A stretch of 63,964 bases of DNA, filler included, from Bigelowiella natans CCMP2755 (GCA_000320545.1; 6 parts of 6 records of this genome joined end to end with filler, not necessarily neighbours in it); one strand, 5' to 3'; shown: positions 1-13,609, counted from the whole stretch's first letter. Notes: generated from the letters alone by a model not told the origin. Made by a program: numbers and translations.

Positions 1-410
1 TCCCTCTCCACGCAGCCGTTCGATGTGGCAAACTCAATTTTAAAAAAGATCTTCTGTTTTTCCTCTCTCCCTCTCTCGCGACCCGATCTCCAGCTCCCCC
101 CCAACCAGTATTTAGGAGGTTATTTTTTTCGGTCCTCTTATCCCTTTCTCATATCGCGGTGAAACGGAAAAGGCACAGTATTCGTTTTACAAACAGCGGG
201 ATTTACACAGCAAATTCTTGCGACGGGGGGAAAATACCAACACCCCCCGAGCAACAGCCCCCTGGATACCCCCCTTCCCGAGGAGAACATGCACCTACCT
301 GTTCTTCCCAAACCCAACAAAACGAGGGATCTACGTACGTTACGTACGTTTACGGTAGTTACGTACTTCGTAGAAAGTCCCCCCCCCCCCCCCCCCCCCC
401 CATACACACA

Positions 411-446
<36 letters not shown>

Positions 447-1181
447 TCGAAAGATACCGAGACGCGTCTTGGCGTCCCAGTCTGGGAAGCCGAAGCGAGT
501 AGGATATCTGCACCAACAAAGATCTCTTAGCGAATGGGTTTCATCGAGGGGCCAAAACAAGCTGAAAGCTGTTAGCTTATCCCAGAGCTCGTCGCCTGTG
601 GTTCTCCAGTACGATTTCTCCAAAACCACCTCGCCATCGCTCTCATTTTCACTTACTTCGTGTTGTCCAAGCAGCTCCAAGCTTCTTCGATGAGATCGAG
701 GAGGCCGTCGACCTGTGCAGCATTCGCGCCATCATTACAAAGCATCTTGGCTCGATTTGTCGTTAAATTGGGGTTCAAAAGGAAGACAAGCGTCCACCAT
801 TCACGTAAATCAGTATGCCATTTATGTATATTTTGGGCGACGGAGTACTTGCCGTGTTAGGTCTCCAATTCCAACAGATATATACCACATACAAGAATAC
901 ACAAGATGCAACCTCTGCAGCTTTCACTGGATCCTTTGGATAAAGACCCCCTCTTTTGCCAACAAGCCTATTCCACGTCGGCATGAATACGTATGTATTA
1001 GTTGCGCGACGAAATTTCGAATATTTCACTCGGATGAGACAAAAACCTGAGAATTGAAGTGCTTTGAGCGACCTTCTTCCCGTCGGTGAGGAAAACCTGC
1101 GAAGTGGCGGTATGCGAGGGTTCATTCAAAAAATCTGCAAGCTGTACTGACATATCTCTCGAATATAAGATATTGACAGCT

Positions 1182-1227
<46 letters not shown>

Positions 1228-1994
1228 ACCACACACATTATATATATATATAATATTATATGTATATATTTTTTCTATAAATGCCTGTCTTCGCATTCTC
1301 TCACCGGCACTTGACTGAAGTTGAACTCCCCACTCTTCTTTTTCCGGAGGAATTCGTCCCTATTTAAGTCAATCAATCCCAATGTTGGCCAAGTATATAA
1401 CGCACGACTCTCCACTCTCCTTTCTTTCGAACGAGTTCGTCCCTATTTAGCCAATCTCAATGTTGCTTGTGGCGGAATATGCATCAAGATGCTGTGGAAC
1501 GGTCACGAATATGCTATCGCTAGCACACCTCCAGAGCCCCCCTCGTTTTTACAACCTCCACCATCAACACCACCACTACTGTTATTACTATCACTACTAC
1601 TGCTACAGTAGTACAGCTGTTACATTAAATCATGCCAATCCACCCCCTACCTGGTAAGTCTTCTGTCCTTAAAGGACACGTTTCCGATAACACCAGCTAG
1701 CCGAATGTACTGACCGATGCGAACAAAGGTAGTTGTCAAATGAATCGCTGTTGTAATGTGAAGTGTTTCCATTCCTTCATCACCTCTCCGCGCCCTGCAA
1801 GGTCGAAGTAGACCAGCTCGTCCTTACAAAAATATCAGGTTGAAGATAAAATAGACATGGGCTTCCTGCCTCCAACACGCCCTCCTCGGACCCTCGCGTA
1901 CCTCCTTCGCCGTCTTCGCTTGGCCCCGAACCAGTTTCCAAGCAGCTACGGCGCTAACCATTGAAGCAGCAAGTACAGTCCCAGTGGCTGACAT
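1..1994 (-). CDS. Glutathione S-transferase family protein, multi-exon, 3' end probably beyond window start
   Basis: ATG at 1994. Exons read DELVYFDLAGRGE, KSGEFNFSQVP and LVGKRGGLYPKDPVKAAEV, typical GST N-terminal and linker motifs. Exon structure approximate. Confidence 0.72.
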
Positions 1995-2183
1995 TTTTCG
2001 AATGGGGGGCGGATCGATCGATCTTAGTGAATCTGAAGACGAATGTCTTAAATTTGCCGAAGAAATTTTCTTTCGAAAGTCGTCAAATACATGCGATTTA
2101 ATCGTAGCGACAACGCATTTATCGACAGATTTTTTTAAAATTTTACTTGAATTCCGTTCGCTTCGATCCGGGCCGTGGATGAG

Positions 2184-3214
2184 ATGGCGTCGGCGGCTTC
2201 ATTGAAGTGCGTTGTCTGCGAGGCCGCGACTGCCAAGTATAAGTGCTCCAAATGCAGGATGCGATAGTAAGCAGAACGTTTGATTTGTATCCGTGTAAAT
2301 CCGGTACTTTTTTAATATCAACTTTTGCTCCTCCCCCCCGCCTCTCTGCTCTTCAACAGCTGCACGGTGCAATGCTACAAGAAGCACAAAGGTCGGCTTT
2401 AACAATTGATTGATGGGCAAGGATTTAACATTTGAATGGACCATCCACGTTAAATATTTTACTACGCATTTTTACATCCCAGCCAAATGCAAACCGCTGC
2501 CTTCAATAGCTAAGCAGGGCATGCAAGATTCCGGAGAGGCTGCAGCTTCGAGCAATTGCGAGCAGATTAATCTCCCGCATCTCTGTCCTAGTCTCACGAC
2601 GGAAGAAATTAGAAGACTTGGTATTTCTTCGTGTTTTCTCTAGTTCTGCCAAAGTCTTGAGCACGATAATAGACATCTGTTTCCTGTGGGTAGGCTCCTC
2701 TCCGTTTGTGAGACTTGCTGTGCAAAACGATGAGCTGAAAGGGATAATACGCACGATCGATCAGGTGGGGCTATTTCGATATATTTTCTTCGGTGCTGTG
2801 TAGTTTCGTTTTGGGGCACCTACCGTGTGCAATGCTGAACACACACCGTGAACAGAAATAACGAAATGTGATTTCGTTGATAGCGAGAGACATTCCATGG
2901 ATTCGTAAAGTCTTTGTGACATGTGCAAAGTACCAAGGGGGGGAGGGGGGAAGATGTGTGTGCAATGGCTAGCATGGTTAGAATTTAGTTGTTTTGCAAA
3001 CTTTTGGATGTTTAGATGGCACTTTTGGGGGGGGGGTAGCATCTTCTTTCTTCACCGTAGGTGCGAAGCAATGAATGATCCCCATTTGGTTGTTGCACTT
3101 CAGAGCTCCGATAGGGAACAGGCTCTTGAGAACCACATGCGGATGAACCACGATTTTGGAGATTTCATAGACAAGATGTTGCAAGAGATTGATCCAGCAA
3201 GGACGGTGCACTAG
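2184..3214 (+). CDS. ZNHIT3: Zinc finger HIT domain protein (ZNHIT3/Hit1-like box C/D snoRNP assembly factor)
   Basis: MASAASLKCVVCEAATAKYKCSKCRMR|YCTVQCYKKHK zf-HIT motif. C-terminal LKGIIRTIDQ..SSDREQALE..DFGDFIDKMLQEI. GT-AG introns; stop TAG at 3212-3214. Confidence 0.8.
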
Positions 3215-6200
3215 TGCAGCATGTCAAGCAATGGCACGTGCAGATCTTGTTGGCTCAATTCCATGCCACATCAATGATGGACATGATGATCAAATGCGCG
3301 CATGCGTGTCTGCATGCCACATCAAACGTGTCATCAGCACCAAACAATTGAACAAACAATTCGCAAAATCTGGACGCGTGTGTGCGTGTGCATCATCGTG
3401 TGTGTGTGTGTTTGTGTGTGTGTGCACCGCAATGTGGTTGGTGACGTGGTGCAACACGTGCAACGTGGACGTTGCAACCTGCACGCAGTGATGTGCAGTC
3501 GCATCCACGTTTGATGCGTGTTGTGCTCCTGGTGAGTGTGAAAGGTGCACGGGCAGCAAGACTCACATTGCTCACGTTCTGCGTGCATCGCTCGATTGCA
3601 ATGAACCAAGAAGTGCCTGGAAGTGCAAAGAACCTGCTCTGGTGCTGTGCACAGTCCAGCAGTCCAGCAGTGCCAAATCACGTTGCGCGTGGCGTGCCTG
3701 GAAGTGCAAACAGCTGCGGTGCTGCGGTCAGATGAACAACAGTTTGTCAATTCAATTGAACGCGTTTCTGGACTTGTTGCCAGTCGCAAGTCACGATTGA
3801 TTTGATTGACACAGGCCTCTCTGTCCGCCAGCTCTTGCACCCCAGGCCTTCCCGTGGGCCTGGTCTTGACACGAACTTTTCCCGTCCACACGTGCGTCAC
3901 GACACACAGCGTTTTGGGGGTGCGACAAACCCCGCCTGGCGCAGGTGCACAAAGGACAACGTCTCGCATGCGTCCACTTCCAGACTTGTCGCAGCAAAAC
4001 TGTCGCGCTCACTCTGAAGTGCACGTCGCCCTCGTCAGCGGCGTGTGTGTGGCGCGCTTGTGGCCTTTGCGTGTGGGACCAGCGGCTCGCGGCGCGTGGT
4101 TCTTGCCTCCAAAGTGGACAACCAAGCAGGAGGTTGTGGACTTGGTTGGGAAGCTGATCGAACCGCACGAACAACTGGCATTGGACCTTGAAGAGAGCAA
4201 TGCTGAGAAGGGTTTGATCGTTGTTGGACCACTTGACGAAAGTGACAAGTTGCGAGCTCACGTGGTGGACCTCCAAAAAGCAAACCACAGGCTTTTGCAA
4301 GCACGACGGAATCGTTTGGGCAAGGAGGTGGCCTCAAGACTGTTGTCGCGCTGCGCGGTGTTGCACCATCACTGTCACTTTTGGCGGGAGGCGTTGGCAT
4401 GCGAGTGTTCATTGGAAAAACTTTTGGCGGCTCTGCGGCCACAGGCATGGCACAAAGGTGCAGCGCGTCGTTGGAACCGTCCGCACGCAAAACGGCCGCA
4501 GCCGGGCCATCGTCCTTGACTTCGTGGTCAAGGCAGGCTGCGTGCTTCTGAACGGTTGGCACTGAAGCACAAGCTTGTTGGGGCGACGTGTCTGAGTGTC
4601 GGGACGCCTCGTCGCCAACACCGTGCGCGGACTTCGCTTGTGGAGTGGGCTGTGCAGCCACTTCTTGAGGTGTCTCTGCTGGTGTCGTGCTTGTCGGTTG
4701 TTTGTCTTTTTTGTTCTCGTGGGTTGGTCTGCTGTTGTTGTCAACTTTTGTCATCGTTGGTCTCTCGGTCCTTTTTGGTTTCCCTTCCTTTTGTTTGGTT
4801 TTCTGTGGTTTTGGGACTTTTGTGGTTTGGGGTTTTTGTTCTTTCCTTGTTGCTTGAAGTCTTCTGTCTGTTGGGATTTTGAGTTCTCTCCCTCGAGGCC
4901 TCGAAGTGTTGTGTGCGGGTGGCGAAGTGATGAGAGCAAACTGGGGGCGCACAAAGGGAACGCGTGCGCAGAACTCAACTCCAGAGCTCACCCTGGACAC
5001 TGGTTGCCAGTCGAAGGAAAGTTCTGGAACTCTCTGCCCTGGGTGCTGCTCGGAAAAAAGCGTGCTCTTTGTGCACGTGCGCTCCGGTGTGACTTGTGTT
5101 GTTGTGTGCGTCTTGGCGTTGCGCGGCTCGCGCCACCTTGCTGCTCGGTGTTCCTTGCTCTCGTTCCTTGCTCTTGCTGTTGTCGTTGCTGCAATCGCTG
5201 CGTGCCGCGCCATTGGTGCTGCTTGCCAACCAAGGCATTGGTGCCGTGCATTGCGTGTTGAGAAAACGACATCGTTGCTGCGTGCTGCGGTGGCGCCTGC
5301 AAAAAGCTGCGCCACAGGCTCCCCCCTTTCCTTTTTCCTTGGGCTCACTCAAGGGGCTCTGTCCTGACACAGCCGGGGAGGCGCCTTCGCAACGCGACCT
5401 CCGAGTGTGGTTTGCGAACGTGCATTGGAGGGCTGTCGGGGTGCAACAAGGCGGCAAAAGGTGCGCCGTTCCTCCTGCCGTTTCTTCCACGTGTGCTCAG
5501 TGACCTGTTTGACCTTGACACATGGCAACCCCCTTTTTTCCTCAAGTCACCCAACAACCCCCTCCGAACGGGAACCCGTTCTGTTTGGGAAGTGGCCCAG
5601 TCAGCTGGAGTCAACCCACCTTTTTCGCCCGTCAACCTGACAAAAAGAACTCTCCCTGCACTCACACGTGGCGCGCATGCTGGCTGCAAAGCAACCCCCT
5701 TGCACAAAGAACCCCCTTCAAAGGGAACCCACCGTGCGCTCGCTGCACGCGCGCTCACTGCGAAGCACACAGCCCCTTCACTTGCCACGAGACTCGGCCC
5801 ATCACAACCCAAACTCCTCCACCGACCAGCCGGCCAATGACTTTTTTTTTTGCCCTTCAGAGACTCAAGCTTGCTCCGTTCACCGCTGCTCTCCTGCTGC
5901 CCACTCAGTCTCCCGAAGCCAAAAAAGAGCTCGTGGACGACGACGACTTCGAAGACGACTTTTTGGCTTTCGACCTCGAACAAGCTGACGACGACAAGTT
6001 CCCAGGCCCTCCAATTTTCGGGCAATTTCCTCCACCCCAAGAAGAGACTGAGTCTCCGATCCGCCCTCCTCTGCTCAAACGACAGCGTCGCGACTCTCCT
6101 GAGAGGACACCCACCTTCGTTGGGTGTGAGGATTTCCAGAACGCGTTGTGGGACCGTTCTTCTTTTGCTCCACGAAGTCCCGAGCCTCCAAACGGACAAC

Positions 6201-9200
6201 TTGCGCGCTTGCTGCCGAACTTGCGCTTGCCGCCGCGTTTGCGCGCTCACTGCCGCAGCGAGGCATGCACTTGGTGCATGGCCAATGCTTTCCAGGTTTG
6301 GTCAACGTGGGGCTCGTTTTGTCGCTTCGTGTTTCACGACACTCCTCCTTTCCGTTCAATTGCACTCCCAGGGAGGTGTCGGTGCGAGGTGGGGAGAGGC
6401 AAGACAGCGTCGAGAGGGGTGTTGCTCAATCGGGTGACGTTTCAGACGGAGTTCTGGCACTCGTGATTGTTGAGACCAGGCAGGAATCACACCGGCGACG
6501 GCGCCGGTGAGTGTTCAAATGGTCCTGCATCCTCAGTGTCAATGGGGATTGACACTGGTGCTGATTGTTTGGTGTTCAATGGTGTTCATTGAAGGTTCAC
6601 GTTTTCCGTCAATTGTTCCGATGTTGCGCGACGTGTTGCGGGCGCAAGCGCGGCGCAGAGGGACAATTGCACACACCTCCTTTCCTTTTTGTTTCAATTG
6701 CACTCCTCCCTTCCGTTCGTTGCTTCGAGGATTGCGCATCGTTCGACCCAGGTTCGAGAAGGCGAGAGCTCACCAGTTGCAAGCACGCTGGCACGTGCCA
6801 ACTGGCCAAGAGCTTTCGAAAACTGCACAAGTTTCGAAGGACTCGGGCCAAGCAAGTTCAAGTGGGCCCTGCCAGCCTGTTCGATGTGTCCAGTTTCAAA
6901 AACGCTCTCAAAGGTGCTCGTCTGCCAAGTTTGACGTGGACGTGCCAAGTTGGAGCGTTTGGGAGGTCGGTGAAAAACGCACCGATCGTCTGAGCAGTGG
7001 GCGGGGTTTCACCGACCGATCGTCTGAGCAGTGGGCGGGGCACGTGCTGCGTGCGTGGGACCACACGTTCGCCAGCGTGCAGCACGATTGTGTTGGTTTG
7101 TGGCTCGTGGTGCAACTTTGAGGCAGTCTGACTCCAAACTCACCACCCCGTTCCGTGAACGTTTGCAGGTTTCACGAGAGGTTGTGAGGAAAAGACACCC
7201 GCCAAGCTGTGGTCCAAGTGCACGTTCTCTGGCTGTTTGGTTTCCAAGGACGTGGTTTTTCAAAGTGGAAACCAAGGACTTCAGGCGACGTGAAAGCCAA
7301 AAAGTGAACGACTTGCAATTGCTCCAACCTCCGCGAGTGTCCACGAATCGAAAGCAAAGTGAAGAGTTGCCAAAGACACTCCTCCAAGGAACCCAGTGGT
7401 CACGTTGACCTCAGCGACATCGTTCAGGAGTGAGCACGTTTTCGCTCGTCACAACGCGCTCACGGACTTGGGATTGGACGCAAACGTTGCTTCCCGAAAG
7501 GCGTGCAAGAGGTTGAAAGGGAGTTTTCCGAAAAGCACAAACCAAGTCCACACCTGGTCAAAGTTGTCCTGGCAACGCTGGAACCCAGAAACGGACACGA
7601 TGACGTGGTGTGCGTGTTGGAGGTCGTGTGGACGCTGTGTCACGTGTCCACCACTGAGCAACCCCCTGACACGTGGCTTGAAAAAAGGCCACGTGGTCGT
7701 GTGTCGCAGGGAGCTTCCCCCCTGCAATTGCCGTGCTGGCCGTGTGTCGTGCCACGGTTTCCCAGAAAGACCACCCAGGCTGAAGAGAAGGCCACGTGGT
7801 CACGCATCGCGAGGGAGCTTCCCCCCTGCAAATTGCCGCACTGTCCACGCGGCACGCTGTGGTTTTCCAAAAAAACCGCCCTGGCTGAAGAGGAGGCCAC
7901 ACGGTCGTGCGTCGCAGGGAGCTTCCCCCCTGTGATTGCCACGCCAGCCACACGGCGTGCTGTGGTTTTCCAAAAAAACCGCCCTGGCTGAAGGAAAGGC
8001 CACGTGGTCGCGTGTCGCGAGTTGCAGGCACCAGGCTGGCAGGGCACAGCAATGGCACGTGCACCGTGCGTGCGACGTTGCACGTCCGTCGTGAGTGTTC
8101 GTGGCTTGGACACAGGCACAGCAATGGCACGCGTGTCGCACGCACGGCGTTGCGTGCCCACTGTGCGAGGGAGCTTCCTCCCTGTGGTCACCACGCTGAC
8201 CACACGGCACGCTGTGGTTTTCCAAGGAAACCGCCCTGGCTCAAAAGTGGGCCATGTGGTCACGTGTCGCGGGGAGCTTCCCCCCTGCGTTTGCCAAACT
8301 GGTCACGTGGCGTGCTGTGGTCCAAAAAAAAAGTCGCCCTGGCCAAAGAAAAGGCCACGTGGTCAGTGGTTCAACTCGTTGCCTCACACCCCCAATCCAA
8401 ACCTGCCCAGGTCGGGAAACGTGGGACTTGAGAATTGCACTCATCGTTGTCACTCGCACGTGGGGAACTCGTTTGCTCTGATTGCTCAATCGAAAGGGAC
8501 TGAACTGACTCTTGCAGGTTTTTCCAAAGGACCAGGAAGCGATGGTCTCAGCCCAGCAGTGAAAGTGCAATTGGCGTGACCTGCCTCCGCCAGTCCGTGG
8601 CAAAACGTTGCTCGGTGGCACCGTTGACGAAGGCTCACTTGGCTGTTTGCTCACAAACTTCACGAGGTTTGCTTTTGAAAAAACGACACAAAAACTGCCA
8701 AAAACTTTGAAGGCTTCGTGGTCGGTTTGGAACTCGATCCCCCACAAGCGGGTCATCCCGAACCCAGTGCACTCCTCCAGCTTCAATGGCAAAGTCGAAC
8801 GGTCACACAATGAACTGGTTGCCCTGTCCCGCCTGCACGACAGCACCCCTGACAAAGCAATGCAACACGCGAAGCAAAACAAAGCACGTTGACAGTGACG
8901 CCCATGGCAACACCCCGAACACCGTTGGCACCACTTCTCCACCACCTCGTTGCCGCAAACAGCACTGGCACACTGATTTCCAAGTGGTGACTTCTGAGCT
9001 GGCCATCGCGACAACTGCAAACGATTTGTTGGTGCGAAGTTTTTGCAAAGCGACGTCCAACACACAAGTGGGTTGGTGTGAACTGGATGGCTTTTTCCAG
9101 TTCTCAAAGCGCGACAACGCACACGTTCGACAGTGCCAGAGTGGGCGCAGTGGTGTGGTGCACGTGTCAAGTTTGTGCGCACGCCACGTTGCACGTCCAC

Positions 9201-10620
9201 CACCCCTCACTGTGCGGACTTCAAACGTCCACCACCGGTGCTTTGCAAGTCCTCGGACTCTCACCACGCTCACAACTTCGCAGGCTGGCCGAGCCCCTGC
9301 TGGCCTGACCTCCCCAGCTAGCCAGCTCCGATGAGGACAACTGCAACTGCGCGGTGCCTCGACTGTGAGCCACGTGGAAGTTGCAAGTTGCCTGCACGAC
9401 TTCTCACATCGCGGAGTGGACGGTCGAGCAGGGGAAAAGCTTGGAAAAGCTTGCACGCTCCAAGACGAGCTTGGTGACGAGCGCCGACCAGCACCAAAGC
9501 ACGCAAAGCGACTCTGACCTGACCAACTGAGGAGCAAGGAGCTCCGACCGCTTCCACTTTCGTGCAACTTCCTCCAAAAGCTGACCAGCTGGGAGTCAAA
9601 AGTTTGCAGTGGAGCTTCCTCGCCTGGAGCGACCACGGTTTCAATCGCCTCACCCTCCAACCTGCTTCCCTGACCACGTCGTGGTCACCGTCGGTGGTTG
9701 GGCCTCAGGAGTTTCAGGGTGCCTCGCGGGGAAACCCAGCTTCGTGCTCATCGCGTTCCGAGGACTCAATCGTGGACGACGAGCCGCGACTGGGACGAGC
9801 TTGGAGTCGTGGTGTGCTCCCTCCGACAACTGGCACTGGCAGGCTGAAACACCGTGGAAACTTGAGGGCTGATGTCAAATCTGGACTCAAGGAGCACTCT
9901 GCCCAACGTTGTCCTTTGCGGCCCCTGACAGGAAGTCCAAGGAGGGCTTGCCAACTGGCCAAGGCGGACAACCCCTCGCAAAGGTGCAAGGAACACAAAG
10001 AGGAAGCACGCTGAGGTTGCTGAGGTGGCCACAGCGTTTGGACTGGTGACCTCGCTAGCTCGTGTGAACGAAAACGAACAAGTGAGCAAAATTGCACTGG
10101 TCCAAAGTCCACAGCAGCGTTGGAGAGTGGGAGTGACAGGTCACGCCTGTTCGTCACAAGTGACCTCTTCCTCGCGTTTGTTTGTCCCAACGAGCTGAGG
10201 GTGGCACCGAAAGGAAGCACCAAAGGAAGGAAGAGTTCAAAAAACGTGCGGAAAAACACTGCGACAAACGAAAAGTGTTGTCGTCCAAAGCATTTCAAAC
10301 TTGCATGCAAGTCAAACTTCCATTGCTTGAGAATTTTGACTGAAATGGAAGCATTTCTTCGCCTGCGTCATGGCGTTTTGCAACACTTAGCAAAGTGTGA
10401 TCGAATTCATGGGTTTGCGACAACACAACCAATGGAAATTTGGGTGAATTTTGTGGGGATTTTTCACATTTTGTCACAACACCTGTGTCTTCAAAACATT
10501 CGAAATTTCAAACTGTCGGCGCCTCTCAGGTTGGGCAAGCGACGTGTTTGAGATGGAGAGGGGGGCGGGGAATGATTGGAGGGATTCAAATGATTTTTCA
10601 TTTTCAAATGAACGTGTCTC
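3215..10620. mobile_element. ~7.4 kb TpA-depleted insert of unidentified type (hypermutated transposon or endogenous virus relic)
   Basis: Only three TA dinucleotides found by eye (CTAG 9318, CTAG 10055, TTAG 10387). No Tyr in any ORF, internal tandem repeats, protein-like fragments on both strands. No confident domain recognised. Confidence 0.45.
7676..8362. repeat. Degenerate ~105-bp tandem repeat array (about 5 units, interrupted)
   Basis: Core GGGAGCTTCC(C/T)CCCTG recurs near 7708, 7813, 7917, 8169 and 8272, with flanking GGTTTTCC..CCGCCCTGGCTGAAG..GGCCACGTGGTC. Confidence 0.85.
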
Positions 10621-11397
10621 TATTTCAGGATGCCTAGTTTAGGCCTCATCCTCATGTTCCTCGCCGCTGCAGGAGGTTCAGTTCACCACATGATACTGTC
10701 GTTGCCAAAAAGCTGCTCTTATGCTGAACGTAATGTCTTAGTCTCGGGGATATCAGGGCACAGAACTGCTCCGGGACCGCCCCTTCTGGTGAGAAAATGC
10801 GTGTTTATGCAGTCTTGAGTGACGTGAAGTACATGTCAAGTGCTTCTGTTTGTCATGAGCTCCTTTCAACATCGCAAATACTTTTCCTCATAGCACGCCG
10901 GATGCCACCACCCGAGTGTTAGAATTGCCACCTTCAATAGCGTAATCTCCTTAAGGTAAAAATGTCTTGGGCTAAAGACGATTGGGGTGTCACAGCCTTG
11001 GACGCTCCTGGAGGGAGAGACCATGTGAAGGGTACGAACGACAAGATGTGATGACAAATGTTTTGATTTCGATCTGACGGCACCAGGATCATTTCACCTT
11101 ATATTCACAACACTACACAGAGACTATAATTATTTTCGCTGTCTTATCATTCTTCCTTAATTGAATCATGTGTAAATAAGTAAGTGAATACACACACACA
11201 CATATATAATATATTACACATGTAGATGTGAATAAGGGTAAATATTTCCCTTCTGAAGATGCGTGCCTGATAGGCACACAAAGATTCGGAGGCTTTTCTC
11301 ATTGAAATAATAGCTTTGGAATACAAACATAATGATGATAATAGACCTTTTATCACTCCTCACCAGCATTTTCCCTCCTCCCCCACAAACATCTAGG

Positions 11398-11776
11398 TGA
11401 ATTATCGCTGATTTCAAGCAAACTAGCAGGGCTTGGGACCCGGCAAAAAGCCATCGAATTGCTCACTATAAAAGACTCAGATCTCCACAAGTTTAAGTCC
11501 ATTAAAGCAGGCGAGGATGGAACAGCAGCCCGGAGGCGGGGTAATGAGGGGCGGGGGGTGGAGAACTTCCCAAGGTTTGTATCATCAGTACCGAGAAACA
11601 TGCTTCAGATGGAGGAATCGAGAGGTACGAATTATAACTCGCGAGCGGAGAATCATGCGAGTAGGGATTTGGCAGGTCTTGGGCGCGTCGCAGGATTTGT
11701 CGAACAAAAGCCACAGATGATGCCTCCAATGGGGGTGTATCCTGTCGGGGCAGTGCCTCCATTCTACTACAGGTAG
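11398..11776 (+). CDS. Hypothetical protein, probable last exon(s)
   Basis: ORF ending QMMPPMGVYPVGAVPPFYYR* with normal composition; no domain recognised. Confidence 0.3.
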
Positions 11777-13573
11777 CAGTGCTCGGTGCATCACGTAGGG
11801 GACGGAGTCTAGGTGGTGAATTGAGAACAGTGTGTAGTAGGAACAGCGTAAGTCGACAGATATTTGCCCGAAAAAATGGTTACAGCTGCATGCAGCAGCG
11901 TAGCAATGAGATCGCGGGATTCATCATCGATGTGTGTGTGTGTGTGTGTACGTATCATTGCAGCAACCCAAGAGGACTCCAATTCGGCCAGTCAGTCTCA
12001 TCGTCGTTTGCCGTGCCAACATCATCGGTTCAACCATCGGCATATCTTAGACCTCAGCGGCTTCAGCAGTAACAAGAACAACGCTAGTGATGGTTCGAAA
12101 GGATGCAACAGTGGCAATCATTGTCCTTTGATGACAAGCCAGGACGTCAAGACGTGCATGCTAGCTCTAGAGCTGCTGACATTGTCGCTCAGCGCTATTT
12201 GTCTGTTACGTTGTACATCTGTACATCTAGATATCCAAACGCATGCCCAATCTAGCTAGCAATGTACATGCTAGAATGCTATGATCGCACATGCAAGCGA
12301 AGCTGTCACAGTGAATCTGTTCAACGAGCACATACAAACATGTCTAAATGTGCGCATTGACATGCATTTAGGCGCAGGTTAGCAGGCTCAACGCGTGTTG
12401 CGGCAAACATTAGGGTGAAAACATGCATCGAACGATTTCATTTCGTCTACGATGTAGACGTTCCTGCTAGCTAGCTAGTTAAGCTAGCTAAGCTAGTAAG
12501 TCCCATGTTGGGATTCGCTCTACTACAATTTTCTATTGCAGTCAAGTAGTTAAAATTGATTTGCAAAAATACAGCTGTGTTTTCATCACTCATTGTGCGG
12601 TGCTGCTCGCAGCTCGATTTCGGCTTGCACGTGTCGCGAAGTGGCACCATCGCATGCCTCATGCGTGTCTAGCTAGCTAGCTAGCTATGGTAGCTAGGTA
12701 GCTACATAGTTAGATCTAGAGATGCGCGTGCGACGACAGCCCGCCTGTGTTGCACAGTGATCTTAGCACGTTAGACCTACCTCTAGAACTCTAGAACTTG
12801 CTAGCTAGCTAGCTAGCTTGCCACACATTCTAGCATTTTCAAATCTAGACATTCATTAGCATGCCAGCTAGCCACTAGAGCCAGACGCACATCTAGACAT
12901 GCTAGCATGGACAGTCCATAGACCATCTACAGACAACATCTAACAATGCTGAATGATGCTAGAACATCCAGATGTGCTTGACGTTTGACTAGCTAGCTAG
13001 CTAGCTAGTTGATGCTGAAAGCTGTTTCATTTTGGCAACTAAAGTGTTTAGCGCACGTGCCATGCTAGCATGGTCACATCAAGACATGCAAGCTTTGATG
13101 AACGTGCAAGAGTGATTACGTGAAATGCTACCGCACGCAGCACGTCATGACATTGAAGATGACTAGTTTGAGCACTGACATTGAACAGTGAGTTGAAAGA
13201 AGCATTGATGCGAGCAGCTTGCGAGAGTGATGCGATGCATGCAATCTAGCAATGCTGGCCTCAATTTGCGCGATTTAGAAATTGCGTTCATCGGTGTAAT
13301 GATGTGATTTGAAATTGCAAATAGCTCTCAAATCATCAGCTATGCTGTTGCATGACGATGCTAACACGAAGTAATCAGAATCATTTTACAATGCAGACGT
13401 TTCGATAACTAAAGCAGGAGATCAATGATGATGGTGATACTATGATAACAATGATGAAGACGGCGAGCAAATGTACCGCACTTGAGTAGTAGTCAATAGC
13501 GCTGTTCATGCCCACACTATAGTAGTAGGTTGCACTTAAATAACACCTCCATGTAACCGCAAGCAAAAGCTTT

Positions 13574-13609
<36 letters not shown>

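Noticed and set aside
7676-8362. CRISPR-like repeat-spacer array
   Set aside because: The intervening sequences are homologous to each other (whole-unit tandem repeat), the context is eukaryotic, and no cas genes are present.
8581-8612. Walker A-like PPPVRGKTLL
   Set aside because: It lacks the first Gly, and no Walker B or motif C at plausible spacing was found.
3189-10551. Dozens of long overlapping ORFs suggesting dense or antisense coding
   Set aside because: Explained by loss of TAA/TAG; the ORFs are Tyr-free and Cys/His-rich with no recognisable domains.
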